64,000 nt of DNA from Macrostomum lignano (Eukaryota), in contig NIVC01000862.1 in NCBI GenBank assembly GCA_002269645.1, positions 248,001 to 312,000 of the forward strand, written 5' to 3'. The notes under the pieces were generated by a model. That model had not been told where the DNA came from and did no database searches. It saw nothing but the letters and a program-made list of their open reading frames with translations. Below are positions 38,700 through 50,588 of the stretch, one piece after another. Every line of letters begins with the position of its first letter. Position 1 is the first letter of the stretch. The translations under genes and the position numbers were made by a program.

Positions 38700-39700
38700 A
38701 TTTATCGTCAAGCAATTCACTTCTTGTTTGTTGATCTCATTGATCCGCCTTTTGGAGCATCTCCTGTGCCAGAGATGTTTTCTCATTTCGTTGATTACCT
38801 TTTGTTCAGCAGCTTCATCCTCTTGCTTTTTGTCTTTTCCCGCTCATTGGCCTTCTGAGGCTGCATGTTTAGCTTTTTCTGAAGGTGGTTCATTATTTCT
38901 TCACACTCCTTTGCCTTAGCATGTGCTTCGGCAATTGCATGGGCATCAAAGCTGATGACCAACAGCAAGCAGTCAATGCAAAAATTAGATGGCTCTTTTT
39001 TGAAGGCCTTTAGCTAGGACTTGATGGACAAAATAGTCTAGTATATAATCCACTAGCTCATTTTGCTGCTTTGTGACATTGTTAGCAATCCATTTGATGA
39101 TCCGCTCACTGTCGGCGTTTCTATGCAGTAGGCATAGAAATTCCTCACATGGCAATGCAGCCCAGAACTTCTCCGGTTCTTTGAATCTAGCGAGTCCTCA
39201 ATCAAAGCATTCAACGCAACTTAATGACTATCTATACATTAATAACATTGCCTAGTTTTACTTAGGGCTCTTCCATTTTCAGTTGGTGGCAAAGTGATAG
39301 AGCAATCAATATTTTTTCTAAAGTTTTTGCACTTTTATTGAGCTTATTCAGTTTTATAGGAAAACAAAAAGGAGCCTTATTTTTGCCTACTCTGCTCTAC
39401 TGGTTGATTGCGCTTTCTTTGTCATCCTTTTAAGAATCTCGCCAATAAAAGAGAATGGCCTATTTCGCTTAGATAAGTTTTTAGGCAACTGACACTTTAG
39501 TCTCTTGTTGCTGTGAATGATGTCTACAAAAATTCAGCGTATGAAATTTAATTAAGAGATATGAAAGTGATAATTTGTGGATTTTTGGTGTGAGTTTATT
39601 GGGATGTGGGTTGTACTCACTAGAAATGCACTGGGCTACAGCTTTTAGGAAGCGGCTTCTTTGATCCATGGGTTTTAGTGTTTGCTGTCCACAGCAGCAT
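38700..39700 (-). pseudogene. Degenerate hAT-like transposase remnant
   Basis: 39061-39180 minus strand reads FLCLLHRNADSERIIKWIANNVTKQQ, similar to the hAT C-terminal dimerisation motif (LxLPHSNAxxERxFS...T); surrounding frames have many stops; boundaries approximate. Confidence 0.5.
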
Positions 39701-39718
39701 TGCAGTCACAACCTTGGA

Positions 39719-40462
39719 CCCCTATTGGAATAAGTTTCAAAAACCTGCGGACGCGCAACACGGGTGCCAAAATTGTGCCCTCAAAAGTGCAATGCGACAC
39801 CAAATTTTGTTGACTGGGGGGCAGCGACGCGTGACGCAACACCTATGTCTGTTGACTGAATGACCAGGGGGGGGGGGAGGACGCCACAGCAGCCACATTG
39901 CAATTGACAATTCTTGTTCTGCCGTTCACTCCCAATACCAAGACCATGGAGCGAGGGACAAAAGTATTCCTTTCAATTTCGCGGAAAAAGAAATGAAATT
40001 CAAAAACAATAAACAGTAAAACAACAAAGGTACAACAGTTAGAAAACAGCGCATGCATTGTAACTAACAAGTAACCTTTCTAAAAATTATATTTGAAGTA
40101 TTAGTTATTTTACTATCAAAATAAAAAAGAACAATTCAAGAATTAGTTTTTATCAAACATGTTTGAAACATTTAAATACCGAGAAACAACCGTGAACATA
40201 TTATAATAAAACACAGTTTGCGAGGTTTTGGCTGCAGATCCAGGCCGCAACGCGACACATGACGATACCAGCCGCCAAGTTGCCACTTTCGCATCTCGTT
40301 GTGTCGTGTTGCGTGACACGACGCATGACAACACCAGGTTTCCACAGTGTCCCGCGACGCAACACAACACTTGACACCACTGTCGCGCGACGCAACACCA
40401 GGAGAATCCAAAAATGCAAACGGACGATCGTCCGCATTTTGTCAACTTATTCCAATAGGGGG
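39719..40462. mobile_element. MITE with CCCCTATTGGAATAAGTT TIRs and GCGACGCAACAC-type subterminal repeats (CMC-like)
   Basis: About 35-bp imperfect TIRs; no clear TSD. Confidence 0.7.
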
Positions 40463-40962
40463 TTTATTTACCATGATTGATCTTAACAGCTATATCTGGG
40501 CAATTGCTAGCTGGCATAAATTTTAGTAGATTAAAGGCATGTCATTAATATTTTAAAAATAGCAAATTTTACTTTTTTACAAAATTGGACAAGTTATAGA
40601 TTTTTTAATTGATCTTTATAGGGCAAGTGCAAATTCACAATTGAACTGCAATAGAAATCAAAGTTTTACATAGTGCTTTGGTGGCCCACGCAGTCCCAAT
40701 ACTTGTATCCCAGGAATGTTCCATGTTATCAAGTGAATTGTGTCATTGACTTTCTAACATTTGTACCTGAAAATATGAAAGTCTAGTTATTTAATATCTT
40801 TTAAGTCTATGAGTTGACCTTAGCAATCAAGTTTCAATAATAATTACTTGCATAATTTTCTTCATGTGAATTTTTGTCTGCTGAGAATAGTTTCAAACAA
40901 GTTAATTAACACGTATAGTTACTGCATCGGAACGATATATTAACGCTAAACAGCCAAATAGA

Positions 40963-43900
40963 ATGGCTCTAGTAAGGGTGAAAGGTGTCCTAGACCATGT
41001 CCTGGACAAGAACCTTCAAGATCTGGTTCGCGGTATTCGCAATCATAAAGACACTGAGGGCAAATACATTTCTGAATGCATCGAAGAGATCAAACAGGAG
41101 CTGAAGCAAGAATCTTTAGTGGTGAAAGCTAATGCTATTAACAAGCTTGTGTACCTGCAGATGCTTGGCTATGACATCTCTTGGGCCGGCTTTAACATAG
41201 TGGAAGTGATGAGCTCGCCAAAGTTTACCTTCAAACGGATCGGCTATTTAGCCGCTTCGCAGAGCTTCCACGATGGCACCGACGTAATTATGCTGACTAC
41301 TAACTTGGTGCGCAAGGATCTCAACTCTACTAACACCTACGATGCTGGGGTAGCCTTGTCCAGCTTGTCCTGCTTCATGACTGGCGATCTTGCTCACGAT
41401 TTAGCCAACGACATCATGGTATTGATGACGTCAACTAAGCCTTATCTTAGAAAGAAAGCCGTCCTGCTCATGTACAAGGTGTTCTTGAGATTTCCAGACT
41501 CGCTTAAGCCGGCATTTGGTCGACTAAAAGAGAAACTGGAAGACCCAGACCCAGGCGTGCAGAGTGCCGCCGTTAATGTGATCTGCGAGTTGGCTCGCAA
41601 AAATCCGCAGAACTATCTTAGCCTGGCGCCTCTGTTCTTTAAACTGATGACAACGTCGACTAATAATTGGGTGCTGATTAAGATTATTAAACTGTTTGGC
41701 GCGCTAATTCCGCTGGAACCGCGGCTTGGCAAGAAATTGATCGAACCGTTGACTAATTTGATTCATAGCACCTCGGCTATGTCGCTATTGTACGAGTGTA
41801 TTAACACTGTCATTGCCGTGCTCATCTCCATCAGCTCTGGGCTCCAGAATCACGCTACTAGCGTGCAATTGTGCGTGCAAAAATTGCAAATCCTCATTGA
41901 GGATAGCGATCAGAATTTGAAGTATCTAGGCCTGCTGGCTATGACGAAGATACTGAAAACTCATCCAAAGTCTGTGCAAGCTCACAAAGAGCTCATCATG
42001 CAGTGCCTAGATGACAAGGATGAGTCCATTAGGCTCCGGGCATTGAGCCTTCTCTACGGTATGGTGTCTAAGAAGAACCTCATGGAGATTGTCAAGAAGC
42101 TCATTGTGCACATGGAAAAGGCTGAAGGAGCACATTATCGGTGAGATAAACTCACTTGTTTGTTTATTTTTTGTCATTGAGGTCTTTTCAAAGTGACTCT
42201 CCCACCTCCTCTGGGCCAGCCTCCCAGAGTGTCAGTTGCTGGGCCAGCCTCCCAGACCCTCATTTGCTGCGCCAGCCTCCCAGATCATCAGTTGCTGGGC
42301 CAGCCTCCCAGATCCTCATTTGCTGCGCCAGCCTCCCAGATCATCAGTTGCTGAGCCAGCCTCCCAGATCATCAGTTGCTGGGCTAGCCTCCTAGATCCA
42401 CAGTTGCTGGGTCAGCATCCCAGATCCTCAGTTGCTGGGCCAGCCTCTCAGATCCCCATTTGTTGGGCCAGCCTCCCAAATCCTCAGTTTCTAGGCCAGC
42501 CTCCCAGAATGTCAGTTGTTGGGCCAACAGCTTCTCAAACTGTCAGTTGCTAGGCTACCTTTCCAAGTACAAATCCAAACCCAAATTGTAATTTCTAGTG
42601 ACGAGCTGCTCAGCAAGATCATCGGTATCTGCTCCCAGAATGACTACCGCTTCATCACAAATTTCGAATGGTACGTCAGCGTACTGGTGGAGCTGGCCGC
42701 CCACAAAGGCATGAAGCCGGCCCAGGGCCGCGCCATCGCTAACCAGCTGCTAGACGTTGCCATCCGAGTTCAACAAGTTCGCCGATTCGCCGCCCGTCAA
42801 ATGTCTCTACTATTGCGTAATCACACCTTGTTGCTGGGCGGCGGCGCCGGCGGTAGCGCCGGAGGAGGCGCCGGTGGCGGCGGCAGCGGCTCTGGCGGCG
42901 GAGCGACAAGCGGGGGCGGAGGCGGCAGCGCCGGCCTGGTTGAGGTGCTGTACGCCGCCGCCTGGATCTGCGGCGAATTCGCCGTCTGCCTAGCCGGTGA
43001 CGAAGAATCCGAGGACGCCCGTCGGGCCACCCTGGAGGCGATGTCGCTGCCCTACGTATTGCAGTTGCCAGGCGAAGTCCAGGCCGTATTCGTTCACAAC
43101 CAGGTGAAACTGTATGCCAACCTATTGCTAGCCGAATCAGACGCTGAGGAACGCGTCGCCTTGACAACGGAGCTGTTAACCCGATTGGAGCAGTTTGTGC
43201 ACTCTGAGGATTTAGAGGTGCAAGAGCGAGCTGTGTGCGCGCACCAGCTGTTAAAATGCACCGCTAAAGCATTGCGTCAGGCTGCCGCCTCGAAGACGGC
43301 CGCAATTTTTGATGTCGGCGATGTCGCCACTGAAGACGGCGCCGGGTCGACCGCTGAAGCTGACGGAGACGCTGTCATCGACAGGGTGGCCAAGGAGCTA
43401 TCGGGCCTATTCGCTGGCGAATTGAATCCTGTTGCGCCGAAGGCCCAGCGCAAGGTGCCCCTGCCAGAGGGACTGGATTTAGACGCCTGGATTAACGAGC
43501 CGCCCGCGCCGCCTAAGTCTGAATTCGATGAGCCGGTCAAACGGAAGTCGGGAAAGTCGTCTGGACGAAAGAAGGAACCCGAGGCTGCCGTCTCCGCCAC
43601 TGTTGGGGCTTCAGCTTCGGGCGCTACGAATTATTCGAGTTCCGATCCCACTGTAGCTTGGGGCGGAGCCAGCGGCGGCGGATTTGAGCAGAAGGAATAC
43701 CATCAGGTAATTTAGATTGGCTTTCAATTAGACCCGAAATATCATAGACCCAAAAATACAACCAAGCTGATAATTGGGTCTTTCCACCACACACTCTATG
43801 GTCTTTTCACCCACGCACTCTATGGTCTTTCCACCCACGCACGCTATGGTCTTTTCACCCACACACTATGGTCTTTTCACCCACGCACTCTATGGTCTTT

Positions 43901-46149
43901 CCACCCACGCACTTTATGGTCTCTCCACCCACGCACTCTATGGTCTCCACCCACGCACTCTATGGTCTCCACCCACGCACTCTATGGTCTCCACCCACGC
44001 ACTCTATGGCCTCTCCACCCACGCACTCTATGGCCTCTCCACCCACGCACTCTATGGCCTCTCCACCCACGCACTCTATGGCCTCCACCACGCACTCTAT
44101 GGCCTCTCCACCCACGCACTCTATGGCCTCTCCACCCACGCACTCTATGGTCTCCACCCACGCACTCTATGGTCTCTCCACCCACGCACTCTATGGCCTC
44201 TCCACCCACGCACTCTATGGCCTCTCCACCCACGCACTCTTTGGCCTCTCCACCCACGCACTCTATGGCCTCCACCCACGCACTCTATGGCCTCCACCCA
44301 CGCACTCTATGGCCTCCACCCACGCACTCTATGGCCTCCACCCACGCACTCTATGGCCTCCACCCACGCACTCTATGGCCTCTCCACCCACGCACTCTAT
44401 GGCCTCTCCACCCACGCACTCTATGGCCTCTCCACCCACACACTCTTTAGCCTCCACCCACGCACTCTATGGCCTCTATTGACCCCCACAACAACGCATT
44501 TTCAAATAAACATTGTTTCTATCTGATTTAAATTATACTACTAATTCCCGTGCCTGCAGCCAAGCGAAGCGGAACTGGCCGCCATGCGGGAGACTCGGCT
44601 TCGCGAACAGGAGAGCAATCCGAACTATCTCAAATCGAGCTCCAGCGCTAAACGCCTCGCTAGCGACGAGTCCAATCATTTCGGCCGGGTGCAGAGCCAG
44701 TACGAGAAGCCCGGCGAAGGTCTAGACGATGAAGATAGCCAGCTGCCCAGGGTAGCCAGCATGGACAGCGGCATGCCAACCCTCCGTATCGAAGGCCTGT
44801 CCTCCTCCGACAAGTACCTGATGCAGCACAAGCAGGAGCAGAGCAAGCAGAAAGCAATGAAACTAGCCGAGAAAGCTGCCGCTTCCGCTGTCGAGGATGG
44901 TAAAAAGAAGAAAAAGAAGAAAACTAAGCGCCAGTTAATGAAAGAGAAAGCAGCAGCTGCTACTAGCAGTAGTAAGCCAGAGACTAACCGAGACGAAGAT
45001 GACGAGGACGACGAGGAAGACGACAACCTGGCGGGCTCGCACGTGGTGTCGACCGCTTACGACATGCCGGAGAATGCCGCTCCAGACTCCGACAATGAAG
45101 CGGAGGCTGGGCCGGCGTCCCGGCTCGCGCCCGATGACCCGCATCGTCAATTGGCTAATATCAAAATTGACGATCTGGTTGCTATGGGAGGCCGCGGCGG
45201 TGCCGTGTCATCGACTGAGTTTGGCAATTCGACTTCGACAGCCGCCGAAGTGGCCGCCGCCACAACGAAACGAAAAGTGGCTACTAAGAAAAAGAAGAAA
45301 TCGGCAGCGGCAGGCGATGACGATTCCAGCTTGCAGGAGAAGCCGAAGAAAGAGAAGAAGAAGAAGGGCGGCGAGAAGAAAGCTGGCAAGAAGAAGAAGG
45401 CTAAAGCAGCAGAGGCTAGCGAAGATTTATTGCTGCTTGGTCTAGATGATGATGCGGCTGTCCAGCCTCCCAGACTGTGGCTGCCAGTTGGCGAGTCTCT
45501 GACGGCCAGGATTGACATTGCCTGGCAGAAAAGTGCCCAAGCTGGTCAGGTAGATCTGACATTCCGTATTGTGCCTCTAGCTGACGGGACCGCTGTGAAA
45601 TCGGCCACAGTTGACCTTGAAGGCTATCGTTCTTCTAAAGGATTGTCTAAACTAGACTTTGATGTTGCTAACGCCGCTTGTATCGTTGCTATAGCAACAG
45701 GAGTCGATGCCAGTTTAATTGGCCGACCGGATAATAAGCTCAGAGCTAGCTTAGCTATCAGCTGGTCTGGCGCCGCTAGCTCTACAGAGAATATGAAAGT
45801 CCGAGTGCCTCGATTGTGTCGCTTAGTTCCTGCGGCAATGTCTATTGACGAGCTGCAGTCGGTATTGGCTGGTCAGCAACAGAAATTGGCTCAGTCCTCT
45901 GCTAAATTGGACGGATTAAGCTTTGACGAGTGCCTGAAGCGTTGGTCCTGCTTAGCTCACGTGGTCCATCTGGAGGAGGCCAGCGCAGCCACTCTGCACT
46001 GCCGCAGCGGAGATGTCTCTCTGTACCTGCTAGTTAAGAAGCTGGGCGAGAGAGTTTGCGGTGTGGAGGCCAAGTCTACAGACGATCAGCTGGCCACTGA
46101 TTGCACCTCCGAGGCTAAGAAGTTGCTGGCCAAGTCAAAGCTTGAATGA
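40963..46149 (+). CDS. AP3D1: AP-3 complex subunit delta, about 1291 aa
   Basis: Exons 40963-42140, 42599-43706, 44560-46149 (GT-AG, 3876 nt). N-terminus DKNLQDLVRGIRNHK...KRIGYLAASQSFH, EVLYAAAWICGEF, FAGELNPVAPKAQRKVPLPEGLDLDAWIN, Lys-rich hinge with DDPHR. Confidence 0.96.
42211..42552. repeat. 28-bp minisatellite (CTGGGCCAGCCTCCCAGATCCTCAGTTG)n in AP3D1 intron 1, about 12 copies
   Basis: Visible unit. Confidence 0.92.
43778..44477. repeat. 22/24-bp minisatellite (CCACCCACGCACTCTATGGCCT[CT])n in AP3D1 intron 2
   Basis: Visible unit with a CT length variant. Confidence 0.95.
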
Positions 46150-46603
46150 CCATCCTCAGACTCTATCACGTTTGGTTGTTGAAGCCATTTTTTTCGATTA
46201 TTTTCTATCTTGGTCAAGGTGATTTTTTATATATTTAATTATATATGATTATGGTAGAAAACACTTATATTGCTACTTATTTACTGGAGAGTTAGTAGAG
46301 TGGTTAGAAAACGAGATTCAAGTTCGAGATTTCCAACGCCATTGATTGATTTTATTGATTGCTTGTAAGTGTTTTTTTCTTGAGTATTTGTGTCCGTGTA
46401 TACTGTTGTTTTTCGCATAATAAAATATTATTTGTTGAAATCTGTCGTTATTAGATGCCTAATTCGCTTACATTAATTTCTATATCGTATTAGGCGTTCT
46501 TTTTGTCGAAATTTTTCCATGATTAAATACACTTCGTTTTGCGTTCCATTTTTGCGTTAATAAATTAATACTCAAATTTTTTTGAAAGAATTGTTTTGGA
46601 TTC

Positions 46604-48640
46604 GTGTGCAGTGTGACCTCATTACACCCACAGAGAATGTAGAAGGTAGTGTGCAGTGTGACCTCACTACACCCACAGAGAATGTAGAAGGTAGTGTGCA
46701 GTGTGACCTCACTACACCCACAGAGAATGTAGAAGGTAGTGTGCAGTGTGACCTCACTACACCCACAGAGAATGTAGAAGGTAGTGTGCAGTGTGACCTC
46801 ACTACACCCACAGAGAATGTAGAAGGTAGTGTGCAGTGTGACCTCACTACACCCACAGAGAATGTAGAAGGTAGTGTGCAGTGTGACCTCACTACACCCA
46901 CAGAGAATGTAGAAGGTAGTGTGCAGTGTGACCTCATTACACCCACAGAGAATGTAGAAGGTAGTGTGCAGTGTGACCTCATTACACCCACAGAGAATGT
47001 AGAAGGTAGTGTGCAGTGTGACCTCACTACACCCACAGAGAATGTAGAAGGTAGTGTGCAGTGTGACCTCACTACACCCACAGAGAATGTAGAAGGTAGT
47101 GTGCAGTGTGACCTCATTACACCCACAGAAAATGTAGAAGGAAGTGTGCAGTGTGACCTCATTACACCCACAGAGAATGTAGAAGGTAGTGTGCAGTGTG
47201 ACCTCACTACACCCACAAAGAATGTAGAAGGTAGTGTGCAGTGTGACCTCATTACACCCACAGAGAATGTAGAAGGTAGTGTGCAGTGTGACCTCATTAC
47301 ACCCACAGAGAATGTAGAAGGTAGTGTGCAGTGTGACCTCACTACACCCACAGAGAATGTAGAAGGTAGTGTGCAGTGTGACCTCACTACACCCACAGAG
47401 AATGTAGAAGGTAGTGTGCAGTGTGACCTCATTACACCCACAGAAAATGTAGAAGGAAGTGTGCAGTGTGACCTCATTACACCCACAGAGAATGTAGAAG
47501 GTAGTGTGCAGTGTGACCTCATTACACCCACAGAAAATGTAGAAGGAAGTGTGCAGTGTGACCTCATTACACCCACAGAGAATGTAGAAGGTAGTGTGCA
47601 GTGTGACCTCATTACACCCACAGAGAATGTAGAAGGTAGTGTGCAGTGTGACCTCATTACACCCACAGAGAATGTAGAAGGTAGTGTGCAGTGTGACCTC
47701 ATTACACCCACAGAGAATGTAGAAGGTAGTGTGCAGCGTGACCTCATTACACCCACAGAGAATGTAGAAGGTAGTGTGCAGTGTGACCTCACTACACCCA
47801 CAGAGAATGTAGAAGGTAGTGTGCAGCGTGACCTCATTACACCCACAGAGAATGTAGAAGGTAGTGTGCAGTGTGACCTCATTACACCCACAGAGAATGT
47901 AGAAGGTAGTGTGCAGTGTGACCTCATTACACCCACAGAGAATGTAGAAGGTAGTGTGCAGTGTGACCTCATTACACCCACAGAGAATGTAGAAGGTAGT
48001 GTGCAGCGTGACCTCATTACACCCACAGAGAATGTAGAAGGTAGTGTGCAGTGTGACCTCACTACACCCACAGAGAATGTAGAAGGTAGTGTGCAGCGTG
48101 ACCTCATTACACCCACAGAGAATGTAGAAGGTAGTGTGCAGTGTGACCTCATTACACCCACAGAGAATGTAGAAGGTAGTGTGCAGTGTGACCTCATTAC
48201 ACCCACAGAGAATGTAGAAGGTAGTGTGCAGCGTGATCTCACTACACCCACAGAGAATGTAGAAGGTAGTGTGCAGTGTGACCTCATTACACCCACAGAG
48301 AATGTAGAAGGTAGTGTGCAGTGTGACCTCATTACACCCACAGAGAATGTAGAAGGTAGTGTGCAGCGTGATCTCACTACACCCACAGAGAATGTAGAAG
48401 GTAGTGTGCAGTGTGACCTCATTACACCCACAGAGAATGTAGAAGGTAGTGTGCAGTGTGACCTCATTACACCCACAGAGAATGTAGAAGGTAGTGTGCA
48501 GTGTGACCTCATTACACCCACAGAGAATGTAGAAGGTAGTGTGCAGCGTGACCTCACTACACCCACAGAGAATGTAGAAGGTAGTGTGCAGTGTGACCTC
48601 ATTACACCCACTTGGAGTGTGGACGGCAGTGTACAGTGAC
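46604..48640. repeat. 45-bp satellite (GTGTGCAGTGTGACCTCATTACACCCACAGAGAATGTAGAAGGTA)n, about 45 highly similar copies
   Basis: Visible unit; last copy degenerate. Confidence 0.98.
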
Positions 48641-49377
48641 TCAAATATCCGGCATCTGTGGATTCCAAAAAAATATCAGTGCCTGTCATTATTCATTGTG
48701 GCCTCATTGTGTTCCTCGTGATTACCTTTTTGTAATCTATAATATACCATTACAAATTAATTATATTAAATAATTACAAATTTCTATAAATAGTTACGCT
48801 CATATATTTTAGTTTAAACCATTCTGCGTTCATAAAGTCTTATTTGCGTCATACTAATCTGCACGAAAAATGTTTTTTTTGCGTAAGATAATAAAGTGAA
48901 TATATTCTTTTTGTATTACTTTATGTTAACTCAAATCAGTAGTATCGGTAGATTATATATATTATTAGGAGGTGCAAGGTGTATGATTATTATCTTTACA
49001 ATTTTCACGACAATTATAAGTTTATTTCAGTAAAAATCCCTAATTATTTTGCGTCTACTAGTAAGTAGTACGTCTTCTCGAAAATTAGTTATCAAAGTTT
49101 AATGCTTTCATAGAAAAAATTGTTCAAACGTCAATTTGATTAAGTGTTGTTTTAGATCCTGTTTGCCCTAATTAAAATCAATTAGTCTGCTAATGATGCA
49201 GTAGTAGGCTTGTAAACTGTAATCATTGTTTACGTTTTTTCACATTTTTTAGAAAAAATAGTATTTCGTTAGTTTGGTTGTAAAGCCTTAAGAGCAGTTT
49301 TGACTGAGATGATTTTAGTGTGTAGTGTAGATCGAGATGAATATTTTTTGGTTATATGGTAAGCAAGAGTAAAAAAG

Positions 49378-49878
49378 ATCATAGGGTAAGCTAGAGAGTG
49401 ACAAGATCATAGGGAAAGCTAGAGTGACAAGATCATAGGGTAAGCTAGAGTGACAAGATCATAGGGTAAGCTAGAGAGTGACAAGATCATAGGGTAAGCT
49501 AGAGTGACAAGATCATAGGGTAAGCTAGAGTGACAAGATCATAGGGTAAGCTAGAGAGTGACAAGATCATAGGGAAAGCTAGAGTGACAAGATCATAGGG
49601 TAAGCTAGAGTGACAAGATCATAGGGTAAGCTAGAGAGTGACAAGATCATAGGGTAAGCTAGAGAGTGACAAGATCATAGGGTAAGCTAGAGTGACAAGA
49701 TCATAGGGTAAGCTAGAGTGACAAGATCATAGGGTAAGCTAGAGTGACAAGATCATAGGGTAAGCTAGAGTGACAAGATCATAGGGTAAGCTAGAGTGAC
49801 AAAATCATATGGTAAGCTAAAGTGATAAGATCATAGGGTAAGCTAGAGTGACAAAATCATATGTTAGGCTAGAGTGAC
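49378..49878. repeat. 26/28-bp minisatellite (GATCATAGGGTAAGCTAGAG[AG]TGACAA)n upstream of the DHHC gene
   Basis: Visible unit. Confidence 0.95.
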
Positions 49879-50010
49879 CCAAAAACAAATGCGCGCCTAA
49901 ATTAATGTTTTTATTTTTCATGTCTCGCTGTTACACGACCTCAGTTTTATCGGCAATCAATCAATAATTCTTCATTTTTAAGTGACACAAGCCAAACATT
50001 AAGAAAAGTC

Positions 50011-50445
50011 ATGTTCAACTATCAAGGTTCGATTCTGCCACACGGAGGTTCAATAACGACAGCGCCCGGCCAGTTCTCTAATCTCCCTTCATCGCAGCAG
50101 GCGGCTGCGGCCAATCTAGCCGAGATTTCTGTCGGAGATGCCGTTGCCAGCTGGTCAGCCATGCAGATTGCTCAGTTGCTGAGCAGCCGACCATCTGATG
50201 CTGTCAACGAGAGAGGCTGGAACGGCCTGACACCGCTGCATCGGGCCTGCCTTCGCGGCCAGGCTGACATTGTGGACTGTCTGCTGGCTAAAGGTGCCGA
50301 CTCTGGCGCAGCCAGCGACAATGGGGAAACCCCGATGCACTGCGCTGCTAGACGGGGAAATCCGCAGGTGAGGAGATGGCTGCTGAATATTGACTTAATT
50401 GCTTTCTCTGTAGGCACTGTTGGATTTCAGGTACAGGTGCACGAC

Positions 50446-50480
<35 letters not shown>

Positions 50481-50551
50481 CTAAGACAGACAGACAAACA
50501 CTAAGGCAGACAGACAGACAGACACTAAGGCAGACAGGCAGACAGACAGAC

Positions 50552-50588
<37 letters not shown>

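Noticed and set aside
26945-41650. CTGATGA motifs as possible hammerhead ribozyme cores (about 26952, 31687, 38955, 41645)
   Set aside because: Two are within coding exons; I could not identify the stems and GAAA core around any of them.
42739-45518. Antisense and alternate-frame ORFs over AP3D1
   Set aside because: Shadow ORFs of GC-rich, low-complexity coding sequence with no independent motifs.
46572-48689. 705-aa and 685-aa ORFs on opposite strands
   Set aside because: A 45-bp unit is a multiple of 3, so any stop-free frame stays open. The commonest variants are non-synonymous on both strands and there is no signal peptide or domain. Treated as satellite artefacts.
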